A stretch of 64,000 nucleotides of DNA, from assembly GCA_963675665.1 (NCBI GenBank), contig OY776510.1, positions 4,736,001 to 4,800,000 on the forward strand. Direction: 5' to 3'. The notes beneath the pieces are model-generated. The model was not told where the DNA came from, did not search any database, and worked only from the letters and a program-made list of their open reading frames with translations. Shown here piece by piece: positions 1 through 9,118 of the stretch. Origin of the DNA: Spirochaetia bacterium. GTDB lineage: Bacteria; Spirochaetota; Spirochaetia; UBA9216. Positions within the stretch are counted from its first letter, which is position 1; each line of letters opens with the position of its first letter. Made by a program: the position numbers and the translations under genes.

Positions 1-894
1 TTCCATAATTCTTTTTTTAAGCTGATTCAAAAGTCCTTTCTCGCCCTCAAGATCAAACGGAATTTCCGGAATCAGTACAAAATTCACAACGCTCATCGCA
101 AGCGCCGTATTGGCCGCAATAAATCCGCTCTCCCGACCCATCAGTTTAACAAGACCGATACCGTTATACGCATCTTTTGCTTCCACATGTGCCCCGGCTA
201 CAGCTTCCACAGCCTTGGAAACGGCTGTCTCGAACCCGAAAGAACGTTGAATAAAGCTGAGATCATTATCTATTGTCTTGGGTATTCCGATTACCGCAAC
301 TTTCAGGTTTCGTTTTTCAATTTCTTCGGCAATAGCAAGAGCGCCTTTTGTGGTTCCGTCTCCTCCAATTGTAAAAAGCATATTAAGGTTCAGCCGCTCA
401 ATAGCGTCGACGAATTCGGATATCTGTCCCCCGCCGCGGGATGAACCAAGCATGGTTCCGCCCATATAATGTATATCATCAACAACATCCGGATTTAACT
501 CCTTGGTAGGAAGATTGTATTCCGGAAGCAACCCCCTGTAACCGTTTCTGATTCCGGTAATGCGTCTTACCCCGTACTGGTACCACAGTGTTCTGACAAT
601 AGACCTGATAACGTTGTTCAGCCCGGGACAAAGACCTCCGCAGGTAACTATTCCGGCATGCACATGTCCGGGGTTAAAATAGATTTTACCCCGCGGGCCG
701 GCTTTCTGAAGACAAAAACTCGAATCTGCTTTTGGAAGATCAGTACCCTTTCTTACTTCAACATCATAAAGTATATATTCATCATCCCGAACGTAATTAA
801 CAATCTTGTCGCCATAGGTTTTCGACATCTGTATCGGCGAATCAATCCTGGGCTCTCCCAGTGAAGATACTTCAAAATCATATTTTTTAGCCAT
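1..894 (-). CDS. pfkA: ATP-dependent 6-phosphofructokinase (PfkA family), runs off the window at its 3' end
   Basis: Not in the ORF track; translated by hand from ATG at 894 (GAGGAG SD upstream): MAKKYDFEV...[17 protein letters not shown]...[11 protein letters not shown]...FTIGGDGT...GIPKTIDND...[12 protein letters not shown], all PFK motifs. Gly in GGDG suggests the ATP-dependent type. Confidence 0.9.
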   Translation of the reverse strand, partial: MAKKYDFEVSSLGEPRIDSPIQMSKTYGDKIVNYVRDDEYILYDVEVRKGTDLPKADSSFCLQKAGPRGKIYFNPGHVHAGIVTCGGLCPGLNNVIRSIVRTLWYQYGVRRITGIRNGYRGLLPEYNLPTKELNPDVVDDIHYMGGTMLGSSRGGGQISEFVDAIERLNLNMLFTIGGDGTTKGALAIAEEIEKRNLKVAVIGIPKTIDNDLSFIQRSFGFETAVSKAVEAVAGAHVEAKDAYNGIGLVKLMGRESGFIAANTALAMSVVNFVLIPEIPFDLEGEKGLLNQLKKRIME

Positions 895-1045
895 TGGATT
901 CTCCTCAGTTATTAATACTAAATATAATCAATATCATTTGCAATAGTTTTTTCGGCAAGCCGGCGGAATAAAGAAAAAGGTTGTTACAGACAAGATCCCG
1001 GGGTATATTACTGTAAAATAAAATGTTTTACCGGAGCTGATACAA

Positions 1046-1567
1046 ATGAAAAAAAGTAAATGGATAATCCTGTCTCTTTTAGTCTTTCTGGCTGCAGGAT
1101 GCGATCTTTTTGATCCTGCAAGGAATGTATACGAAAGCCATATTCTGGACATTATTGACTATCTGCAACGGATGGAATATGAAGTCAGGGTAAATAATAT
1201 CGGTGATGATCCCCCTGAAAGCGCCACCTTGTGGCAGAAAGATTCATCCATCCGGGAGGATAATATAAAACTGGAATACAGCAATCTTTCCATAACCGAT
1301 TTAGCATATGATGCAACGGTCACCTGCTTTGAATCTCTGTGCCAGTCGCCGGTGTTTTCTATTTCGGGCGAAATGGAGTTTTCCTATAATGCCTCCGACA
1401 ATGAACATAAAGTTATTAGCGGAACTTTTACCATTAAGGATTCTGATCCGCAAAAGATGCCCATAACCGAATTGACTCTTGAAATTGATCTTGTTCAATC
1501 ATGGGCATCAGGAACTGCAACTGCAAACGGAAAAGAGTTCATTCTTGAAGAAGATTCTATCCGCTGA
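1046..1567 (+). CDS. Putative lipoprotein, unknown function
   Basis: 173-aa ORF with MKKSK + hydrophobic stretch + LAAGC lipobox. Confidence 0.75.
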   Translation: MKKSKWIILSLLVFLAAGCDLFDPARNVYESHILDIIDYLQRMEYEVRVNNIGDDPPESATLWQKDSSIREDNIKLEYSNLSITDLAYDATVTCFESLCQSPVFSISGEMEFSYNASDNEHKVISGTFTIKDSDPQKMPITELTLEIDLVQSWASGTATANGKEFILEEDSIR

Positions 1568-1584
1568 CTGCAACAGTCAGTTTA
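1563..1584. terminator. Short hairpin at a convergent gene junction
   Basis: CTGACTG-CAA-CAGTCAG followed by TTT; it contains both stop codons. Confidence 0.4.
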
Positions 1585-2884
1585 CGCTGCTTGCGAGAAA
1601 CTCGGTTACCCTCCGGGCAATTGAAGAATAAATATCCGCGCGTTTCGAGTCGTCCGTTTCAAGAAGCGTAAACCTGAACCCCTTGAGTTCCGAACAGAAC
1701 CCGGTAAGAGGAACAACACAAATACCCTCGGCACCCAGAAGATAATAGACAAACCTTTTATCAAGCGGCATTCCTTTGGTAATCTGCTCAATATATGCTT
1801 TTATCCGGGGTTCCGGAATTTCAAGTTTCTGGTCCTCGTTCAATACACCGTCTTCAAAAAGAACAGTAAAATACAAAGCGCCCTGCGGCATGATTACATT
1901 GATACCGGGAATATTCTTCATAATATTAAAAGCTTCGCATGCCCGCGATGCAAGTATCAACGATTGGCGGCTGAGATGCTCCGCATAACGCGGATCACCC
2001 ATTATCAGCGGGATCGAGAGCTGCGGCAGTGTTGTTGAACATACTTCAAGCCTCTTGGCGTTTATCAGGCTGTTTATATAGGTGTTAAACTCTTCGTCCT
2101 TTTCGCGGTTATAAACTTCAATCCAGCCGCAGCGGGCTCCCGGCCAGGGATACTCCTTACTGACAGATTTCATTGATATTGCCGGAACGTCTCCGATTAC
2201 TTCGTTAATATAGGTGAAATTTACCCCGGGAAACACAACATTGCAGTATGTTTCATCTGCAATAATAAAAAGATCATGCTCGGCAGCTATATCGACTATC
2301 TGGTGTAAAACCTCCCTTGAATAAACAATACCGGTTGGATTATCGGGGTTAATAAGAAGGATCCCGGCAATCGAATCATTATATCTGACTTTATTGCGCA
2401 AATCTTCAATATCGGGAAGCCAGTTGTTTTCCGGATCAAGTGTGTATGTAAGATGTTCATAACCGGAATGCGCAGCTTCCGCCGAAGAATGTGTCGAATA
2501 TGCCGGCGAAGGTCCGATTATTCGGGCTTCCCTTTTCAAAAACCCGAAAATCTTGGCGACGGCGTCTCCGAGCCCGTTAAAAAATATAATATCGTCTGCC
2601 GAGGCCCTGGCCCCCTTCCGGGTCCCGAGCTGCGAAGACAGGAATTCCCTTGTGCCGACATCACCCTGACTGTCGGTATAACGATAACTCGCATCTTCGG
2701 CGGCCAGTCCGATAATAATCTCTTTCATCCACGGCTCCAGCTCCGCGCCTTTCTCTACCGGGTCGCCTATATTTTCCCATTTGATTTCTCTGCCGAGTTC
2801 CGAGATTTTATGAGCTATGCTCACAATCTGGCGGATCTCATAGGTAAGCTGCCTGGCCCCTAAATGTACAATTTCACGTCTCAT
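1577..2884 (-). CDS. PLP-dependent class I/II aminotransferase, AlaA/AlaT-like (probable alanine aminotransferase)
   Basis: Start reassigned to ATG 2884 (GGAGGAG SD). Motifs LTYEIR..ENIGDP, INPDNPTG, ADETY and SVSKEYPWPGARCGW (PLP lysine); the N-terminus resembles the AlaA subfamily (YDIRG..LNIGNP). Confidence 0.8.
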   Translation of the reverse strand: MRREIVHLGARQLTYEIRQIVSIAHKISELGREIKWENIGDPVEKGAELEPWMKEIIIGLAAEDASYRYTDSQGDVGTREFLSSQLGTRKGARASADDIIFFNGLGDAVAKIFGFLKREARIIGPSPAYSTHSSAEAAHSGYEHLTYTLDPENNWLPDIEDLRNKVRYNDSIAGILLINPDNPTGIVYSREVLHQIVDIAAEHDLFIIADETYCNVVFPGVNFTYINEVIGDVPAISMKSVSKEYPWPGARCGWIEVYNREKDEEFNTYINSLINAKRLEVCSTTLPQLSIPLIMGDPRYAEHLSRQSLILASRACEAFNIMKNIPGINVIMPQGALYFTVLFEDGVLNEDQKLEIPEPRIKAYIEQITKGMPLDKRFVYYLLGAEGICVVPLTGFCSELKGFRFTLLETDDSKRADIYSSIARRVTEFLASSVN

Positions 2885-2910
2885 TTTCTCCTCCGTTTGT
2901 TGCAGCTGTA

Positions 2911-2946
2911 ATAAAAAAACCGGCAAAGCCTGAAGACCTGCCGGTT
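2911..2946 (-). terminator. Intrinsic terminator upstream of the aminotransferase (attenuator)
   Basis: mRNA AACCGGCA-GGUCUUCAGGCUU-UGCCGGUU + UUUUU, lying 5' of the SD of the aminotransferase gene. Confidence 0.8.
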
Positions 2947-2995
2947 ATAATTCGAACATGTTACCGCAAGTCGCCAGACGACTGCGGCATTTTTT

Positions 2996-3076
2996 TCAGG
3001 AAAGACACAACGCCGCAGTCAATATTGCTGCTGCTGCCGCGGCGGTTGTTATTTTGCTGTCAATCCTTCTGTACAT
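2996..3076 (-). CDS. 26-aa poly-alanine leader peptide MYRRIDSKITTAAAAAAILTAALCLS
   Basis: ATG at 3076, TGA at 2998-2996; six consecutive Ala codons plus two more; sits between a sigma70-like promoter and the attenuator terminator. Confidence 0.75.
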   Translation of the reverse strand: MYRRIDSKITTAAAAAAILTAALCLS

Positions 3077-3082
3077 GCAATA

Positions 3083-3111
3083 AAATTATCGGCCAATTCT
3101 TTTTTTGTCAA
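3083..3111 (-). promoter_or_regulatory. Sigma70-like promoter of the leader peptide/aminotransferase
   Basis: TTGACA (3111-3106), 17-nt spacer, TAATTT (3088-3083), then 6 nt to the leader ATG, so +1 is predicted at the AUG. Confidence 0.7.
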
Positions 3112-3153
3112 GATGATCTTGCCAAAATCTCCCATATGATACTATTATTCAAT

Positions 3154-4263
3154 ATGCGCCCGCGTATCGTCAAAAACCTTTCAGCACTTTTTTTATTTAC
3201 AGTCACGATTACCGTGTCCGCCGCCGGACAAGACAGCAACACCGGCAGTACAGCATTGTTTATTGATTCGAACCCGATAAACGCTTTAATTATTATGGAC
3301 GGAGAGCCCCTGCTTCAACAGACTCCCGCTCTTGTCCGGAACCTTTCGCCGGGAGAACATATTATCGGAATTCGCAAAGACGGATATTCGCCTGAAGACG
3401 CAACAGTAAATCTTGAAGCAGGAATGACGGAGATTATCAAAGCGGAATTATCCCGCGGCACAATACTGGTAAATCTGCCGGACGAAAATTCTGTTTATCT
3501 CCAATCAGAGAGCATCGGGAATGTTCCCGAAGTATTCAGAATTCCCGAAGGCACCTATAATTTCCTGAAAAAAGAAGACGGATTATATATTAAGCCTGTT
3601 TATCCGAAAACCCGACTGCTGACAGTTACCGGCACGCTGTTTTTTGCGGCGCTGGCAATTAATACCGTATCAATTGCTATGGAACTTAACAGCAACGGAG
3701 AGTTGTTCCTGCCGCATTCCGACAGACTTATTATCACTGAAGCCGCCGCCGCAGTCTCCGGCCTGGCGGAACTGGCCATGCTGATTGACAAAAGATCTTT
3801 TATCAGCGATTTTGAGTTGCATCAGGCAGATTTGAAAAACCTTGAATCGGAAGCGGAAAAGATTTTCCAGACTTCCCAGCGGTCGTTGTCCTCCGGAAAG
3901 CTTGAGGACGCTCTTTCAGGTTTCAGCAGCCTCGTAAGCAGTTACCCGGATTCGCCCAGATTCTCCGAATCTTTATACAAGATTGCCAAAATTCACAGTA
4001 TTTCCGGAGATACAAACCTTGCAATATCGGAACTGAATATTATTATCGACCGTTTTCCTGATGCAGAGATCTACGACAGTGCCTGCCAGACGCTTGCGCT
4101 TTTGTATTCCAACTCCGGCAACCCTCAGGCCGCGGAAGAAATTGTAGGAAAGATGGTCTTCCTCAATTCGATTTTTTCCGAAACGGAAAAAGAGATTGAA
4201 GAACTCGGAATTGAAAAGGTAATTGAAAACTGGGCAAGAAATCCGGAAGGACGTACCGAATGA
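3154..4263 (+). CDS. Secreted/membrane protein with an N-terminal PEGA domain and a C-terminal TPR (BamD/YfiO-like) region
   Basis: Signal peptide from ATG 3154; PEGA-like IDSNPINALIIMDG..TPALVRNLSPGEHIIGIRKDGY; central hydrophobic segments; TPR-like 'LVSSYPDSPRFSESLYKIA'. The start could be slightly upstream. Confidence 0.7.
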   Translation: MRPRIVKNLSALFLFTVTITVSAAGQDSNTGSTALFIDSNPINALIIMDGEPLLQQTPALVRNLSPGEHIIGIRKDGYSPEDATVNLEAGMTEIIKAELSRGTILVNLPDENSVYLQSESIGNVPEVFRIPEGTYNFLKKEDGLYIKPVYPKTRLLTVTGTLFFAALAINTVSIAMELNSNGELFLPHSDRLIITEAAAAVSGLAELAMLIDKRSFISDFELHQADLKNLESEAEKIFQTSQRSLSSGKLEDALSGFSSLVSSYPDSPRFSESLYKIAKIHSISGDTNLAISELNIIIDRFPDAEIYDSACQTLALLYSNSGNPQAAEEIVGKMVFLNSIFSETEKEIEELGIEKVIENWARNPEGRTE

Positions 4264-4895
4264 AATCTGCAATTTTCCGCCGGATATTTCCGGTTTTGAC
4301 GATATTTCTGTATGTCTCGGCTTCGGTATACAGCCAGGAGAATACTGTTCCCGCTGCCGAACCGGAAACAGTTTTTATCGATTTTCTTTTCAACGAATAT
4401 ATTGAGCTTGAAAAACAAATCTTCGAAGAAACAGACGATTCAGAATCCATATCAGCTGAAACCCTCGAAAAAATCGGGGTTCTTGAAAACAAAGCTGTTT
4501 CAGCCAACAGGAAAGATATAATAAGCAGGCTGCGGATGCTGAACTTCATCATTGAATCGGATGTTTATGAAAATGAGCTTAATCTTAACGCAGATACTGC
4601 ACTTCATAGCATTCGTGAAACCGAAAAAATATACAGAAGAACAAAAAGTACTGAAAAAATCGGCCGTAAGGCTTTTGGGATAACAATCGGTACAGCTGTG
4701 GTTTCAGGAACAATATTCGCCGCAAGCTCGCTTGCTTCATCCGGATACTACGAAAAGTATACCCAAACGGAATACGCAGATCAGGCCGCTTTTTACCTGT
4801 TCTGGTGGCAACTTCTGGAAGATGTATCAACAGGCAGCGCAATACTCACTGTAGCGTCGTCTGCCGCTGCGGGAATACTTGCCGCTGTTTTCTAA
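4260..4895 (+). CDS. Hypothetical membrane protein
   Basis: 211 aa with a signal peptide and two C-terminal hydrophobic segments; ATGA overlap with the upstream gene. Confidence 0.7.
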   Translation: MKSAIFRRIFPVLTIFLYVSASVYSQENTVPAAEPETVFIDFLFNEYIELEKQIFEETDDSESISAETLEKIGVLENKAVSANRKDIISRLRMLNFIIESDVYENELNLNADTALHSIRETEKIYRRTKSTEKIGRKAFGITIGTAVVSGTIFAASSLASSGYYEKYTQTEYADQAAFYLFWWQLLEDVSTGSAILTVASSAAAGILAAVF

Positions 4896-4906
4896 TCAGT
4901 TACTGA

Positions 4907-6565
4907 TTATTTTGTTTTCATAATTTCTACGCCGTTCCAGTCTTCCGGAGGAGGATTCTTCAGGTAACGCATGCTGCGTTCAATAAAAACCCCGGACAGA
5001 TAATCATCCGGCATAGTCTTGCCGGCAGCCGAAAAATATCTAACGGCTTTACTGAAATCACGGCTGTAAAAAAGTTTTGCGCCGGCGTTATGATAAGACC
5101 ATCCTTTTTTCTGTTGTTGCGTAAGGTTAACACTCGCAGTGTAGATACTTTCACCCTGCGTTTTTCCTTTTACCTGGACCTTGTCAACCATCCTGCATGG
5201 AATCTGAGTACGGACTTTTCTGTAGACGCTTTCTGAAATAATCAGTTCCTGTTTATACTGCTTTGTAAGACCTTCAAGCCTGGAACCAAGGTTAACCATA
5301 TCTCCGATAACGGTATAATCCATTTTCTTTTCGGAGCCGATATTACCGACTGTTACAACCCCATAGTTTATCCCGATTCCCGTTTTAAACTCGGGTTTTC
5401 CTTCTTCTACACGTTCCCTGTTTAATTTGCCGAGTGTTTCCTGCATTTCAAGCGCAGCCATTACCGATTGGTATGCGTCGTCGTTGTGCTTTACAGGCGC
5501 TCCGAAAAAAGCCATTATCGCATCGCCGATATATTTATCGATTACTCCGCCGCGGTTGATAATGATATCAACCATTTTTTCAAAATACTTGTTAAGATCT
5601 ATAACAAGTTGATCCGGAGAATAACCTTCTGATATTGTTGTAAAACTTCTGATATCAGAAAACAGGATGGACAGAACCCGGTTCTGTCCTACAAGCATTT
5701 CTTCAGGGTTTGTAAAAACGCTGTCGATAACATCCTTGGGAACATACTTCTGAAATATATTTCTAATCTTTCGTTCATTGCGCTCAGCCAGCACGGCCTT
5801 GAAAGCAAATTCCTTGATTTGCTGGTATGCCCGGTTAAGCTCATTAATCATGATATTAAAGGTGTTTGCCAGGTGCCCTATCTCATCGCGGTATTCGACA
5901 TGGACCTGTCTTGAAAGATCATTATCCTTGATGATTCCCTGCATTGCAGTTGAAACCCTGGTCAGGGGGCCGGTTATATATGCGGCAAGTACCAGCAGAA
6001 GAATAAATGATATAAAAATGGATATCCCGAGAATGATATAATTCTGGGTCAGCATTTCAGTGATTTCACGATAAAAGATGGAACTGTCTTCCGAAAGAAA
6101 CACATACCAGTCGAACGCTTCAAAGTAAAACATCTGACCGACTCTTTCACTTCCCTCGAGATTAAAAGATACCCAGCCGGCGCTGTCCCGTGAGAGCATC
6201 CGGTTTAAAGCTTCCAGTTCGCCCTCGGCAAACTGGAAATCCGAAGTCTTCATCCTGACTGAACCTTCGCTGTCGATAGAAAAGATCATCTCGGTTTCGC
6301 TTCTTATAAGCGTAAACGCATAAGAAAGGACTGCTGTTTTGGCAACATCAACATATTCGGGTTTGTCCGAAAAACCGTTGTCAACCAGAAGTGACCACTG
6401 GTTTCCCATATATTTTTCCATCTCTTCAGCTTTAAAACCCAGAGAAGCCATTGCCAGCCTTGTCATTCCTCCGCGGGCTGAATTTGACGCGAAAAAACCG
6501 GTTATGAGAAGGGCCGCCACAATTAACGGCAGAACGATTAGTATTAAACGTGCGCGTATTTTCAT
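4907..6565 (-). CDS. Membrane adenylate/guanylate cyclase (class III) with periplasmic sensor and HAMP domain
   Basis: Two TM helices, HAMP (DEIGHLANTFNIM), cyclase motifs LFSDIRSFT, DKYIGDAIMAFFG and DYTVIGDMVNLGSRLEG; the K/D specificity residues suggest ATP. Confidence 0.9.
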   Translation of the reverse strand: MKIRARLILIVLPLIVAALLITGFFASNSARGGMTRLAMASLGFKAEEMEKYMGNQWSLLVDNGFSDKPEYVDVAKTAVLSYAFTLIRSETEMIFSIDSEGSVRMKTSDFQFAEGELEALNRMLSRDSAGWVSFNLEGSERVGQMFYFEAFDWYVFLSEDSSIFYREITEMLTQNYIILGISIFISFILLLVLAAYITGPLTRVSTAMQGIIKDNDLSRQVHVEYRDEIGHLANTFNIMINELNRAYQQIKEFAFKAVLAERNERKIRNIFQKYVPKDVIDSVFTNPEEMLVGQNRVLSILFSDIRSFTTISEGYSPDQLVIDLNKYFEKMVDIIINRGGVIDKYIGDAIMAFFGAPVKHNDDAYQSVMAALEMQETLGKLNRERVEEGKPEFKTGIGINYGVVTVGNIGSEKKMDYTVIGDMVNLGSRLEGLTKQYKQELIISESVYRKVRTQIPCRMVDKVQVKGKTQGESIYTASVNLTQQQKKGWSYHNAGAKLFYSRDFSKAVRYFSAAGKTMPDDYLSGVFIERSMRYLKNPPPEDWNGVEIMKTK

Positions 6566-6643
6566 TTGTCTATTAACAGAATCGGCGAACCGGACTCAAA
6601 AATTAACAATCATATGCCGATAATATATTCGCAGGAGTATGAT

Positions 6644-9118
6644 TTGAGCGACAATCACATTGATCTTGAAGAACAGGAACGAGTTGAGATACTCGAAGAG
6701 ATAGACAAGCTCGTTGCCACCAACCGGCTTCCGGTATCCGATGCCATGGAGAAACTCAAACCCCAGAAAAGCGGCGTCGGGTTTCCTCTTGTTATCAACC
6801 TCCTTGCAGTTGCGGCAGTTGTCAGCACGTTCTATTTTTCCAACCGCATGTTTGAACAGAAACAGGAATCCCTGAGTATGGAGAACGCCACCTACCAGTC
6901 TGCAGAAGGAAAGCTTCTTGAAGAACTCAAAAGAGAATCCGCGGAAAGGCTTGAACAGAAGGATCAGGAAATAGGCGTTATTCAGAAAGAACTTGAAGAA
7001 CTCGACAAACAGAGCCGGGAACTTGCGGCGACTATGGACCAGCAGATAGCCGACAGGGAAAACGAACTCAGACTGGCCCTTGAAGCCGAACTTGAAAATG
7101 AGCGTGCCAAACTGAGATCTCAGGGTAAATCTGAAGCTGATATTGAAACCGAACTGAATAGAATAGAATCTGAACGAAGCGCTGAATATGAGGCTGAACT
7201 GTCGGCATTCAGGGAAGAAACCGAACAGGCAATAGCGGAAAAGGAAGAAGAACTTGCCCGCGCAAAACAGATCAATGAAGAACTTCTTGCGGAAGTTAAT
7301 GCAGAAAAAGAACGAATTCAGGATGAAACATTAAAAAGAGAAAATGAACTGACAGCCCAGTTTGAAGCTGAGAAAGCGGAACTTGCCGAGGAAGCCGCTT
7401 CGGCACAGGCCCGCCTGCAGCAGCTTACTGAAAACCAGGCAAAAGAATCACTGATCATAGACCAGATAAACGGATCATATGAATCCATCTTTAATTATAT
7501 ACAGGCCGGCAATACAACCGACGCACTGTCGGCAATAACGGCCCTTAAACAGTTGATAGAAGACCCTGCTGTTGCAAAGCTTAAAGCTGTAAACGCCAGA
7601 AGTTCCAATGATCAGGAAATGCTGAATATTCTTCGACAAAGAATTGAGGAACAGGCTTATAAAGACAATACCGATACCAAAAGCCTTGCCGCAGCAGCAG
7701 ACCTGCTTCTTTCTGCGCAGGAGATTGCAGCCCTGGGAACAGAAGCTTACAATATCGGAAATACCACGGCAGCCGAAGAATATTACACGCGCTCGTTAAG
7801 CAAAATTCCGGCTATAAAGCAGGCGTGGGAAAACCTGGAAAGGATTTCACGCGATGCGGAAGCTGAACGTCTGTCGGAGATTATACAAGAGGGCAATGAA
7901 CTGGCTTCCGCAGGGGACCAGCTGGCGGCTTCAAGACAGTTTGCATCCGCTGCAGGTTCGGCATATTCCCTTAACCCGGAACTTCTTAGGCAGGCCGTAG
8001 CAGGTATGCTTGATTCATCAGATGCATACAGCACAAGCCGGATTGCTCAGAAAGATTCGGCAATAAAATCTCTAGAAATTGAAAGCAGTACTGAAATCGG
8101 GAAACTGGAAAGCAGCCTGGAAGAGATGAAAGCCGGATACGAATCTGAACTTGCAGCAGCTAAAGCGCAAAATGAAGCAACAATCGAACAGACTGTTACC
8201 GAATATGAAAACAAACTTGCGGCGGCAGAAGCTGAATATCAATCCGCTCTCGAGAAAGCTGAAACAGAATATGAAACATTACTTGCCGACGCAGATGTTT
8301 CAGCTTCAGAACTGGAAACGTCCAAAGATGAAGAAATTGACAGGCTGACAAGATTAATTGGAGAACGGGACCAGGAAAACCTTAATATTAATGCTGAAAA
8401 AACGGAAATTGAAGAAGCACTGGCTGCAGCGGAAGAAGTAATAGCCGAAAAAACCGCCGAGCTGGAACAGTACAGGCTTGATTCTGCTGAAGAAATGGGC
8501 ACGCTTAATACCATGGCATCGGAAGAAATTAAAAGACTTGAAAAAGAACTTGAAGCATCTGTGCTGCGTTATACGGAACTCGAAGAAACATATAAAAATG
8601 AACAGATTGTTGCGTCAAACAGGCTTAAAGCATCAGAAATGACCGGGTACACCAACGGTATTCGACAGGGCCGGCAGGAAGCTCTGGAGGATATTCTGTA
8701 TTTCTCCTCTTATCTTGAAGGCGCCGCTGCATATGATCCTGAAGCGCAGACACGAATTTCCGAACTCGTTAATGAAGACCCGGTATACAGCGAAGCTGTT
8801 CAGAAAATTCAGAATATAGCCGCAGCAGGAGGAACCGAAACCGAAGGGACTCTTATTCCGGTTGCCCGGAATATTCTGATCGGAACAATTTCGTTTGCTT
8901 CCGGCGACGAGATAATTATTGAGCCGCTGACTGACCAGATGGTTGAATCCGGCGCCAGGGTAATGATATACCGCAAAGAACGTGGCAGGGATGAAACCTA
9001 TATCACCTTCGGAATAGTTACTTCGGCAACCGAAAACCGGATCAAAGCCAGAACAGATCCCGCAGGCACCGCTCCGGCGCAAAGCATGGATCTGGTTTAT
9101 ATGACTGTGACGGATTAA
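6644..9118 (+). CDS. Large membrane-anchored coiled-coil protein, unknown function
   Basis: One N-terminal TM (FPLVINLLAVAAVVSTFYF) followed by long Glu/Ala/Lys-rich heptad regions and a small C-terminal beta-rich domain. TTG start at 6644 chosen for the AGGAG SD; the ORF is open from 6566. Confidence 0.75.
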   Translation: MSDNHIDLEEQERVEILEEIDKLVATNRLPVSDAMEKLKPQKSGVGFPLVINLLAVAAVVSTFYFSNRMFEQKQESLSMENATYQSAEGKLLEELKRESAERLEQKDQEIGVIQKELEELDKQSRELAATMDQQIADRENELRLALEAELENERAKLRSQGKSEADIETELNRIESERSAEYEAELSAFREETEQAIAEKEEELARAKQINEELLAEVNAEKERIQDETLKRENELTAQFEAEKAELAEEAASAQARLQQLTENQAKESLIIDQINGSYESIFNYIQAGNTTDALSAITALKQLIEDPAVAKLKAVNARSSNDQEMLNILRQRIEEQAYKDNTDTKSLAAAADLLLSAQEIAALGTEAYNIGNTTAAEEYYTRSLSKIPAIKQAWENLERISRDAEAERLSEIIQEGNELASAGDQLAASRQFASAAGSAYSLNPELLRQAVAGMLDSSDAYSTSRIAQKDSAIKSLEIESSTEIGKLESSLEEMKAGYESELAAAKAQNEATIEQTVTEYENKLAAAEAEYQSALEKAETEYETLLADADVSASELETSKDEEIDRLTRLIGERDQENLNINAEKTEIEEALAAAEEVIAEKTAELEQYRLDSAEEMGTLNTMASEEIKRLEKELEASVLRYTELEETYKNEQIVASNRLKASEMTGYTNGIRQGRQEALEDILYFSSYLEGAAAYDPEAQTRISELVNEDPVYSEAVQKIQNIAAAGGTETEGTLIPVARNILIGTISFASGDEIIIEPLTDQMVESGARVMIYRKERGRDETYITFGIVTSATENRIKARTDPAGTAPAQSMDLVYMTVTD

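Noticed and set aside
2885-2926. N-terminal extension of the aminotransferase ORF (start 2926)
   Set aside because: It begins inside the terminator stem; the ATG at 2884 has a strong GGAGGAG SD.
3025-3153. N-terminal extension of the PEGA protein (MLLLPRRLLFCC...)
   Set aside because: It is the antisense of the Ala-codon run and covers the divergent promoters; a proper signal peptide starts at about 3154.
4893-4909. Palindrome TAATCAGT-T-ACTGATTA joining two convergent stop codons
   Set aside because: Short and AT-rich, and partly explained by facing stop codons; at most a weak terminator.
6900-8620. Repetitive GAA/GAACTT-rich DNA in the coiled-coil gene
   Set aside because: It reflects Glu/Leu/Ala heptad composition; there is no true tandem repeat or CRISPR periodicity, and no SMC Walker motifs.
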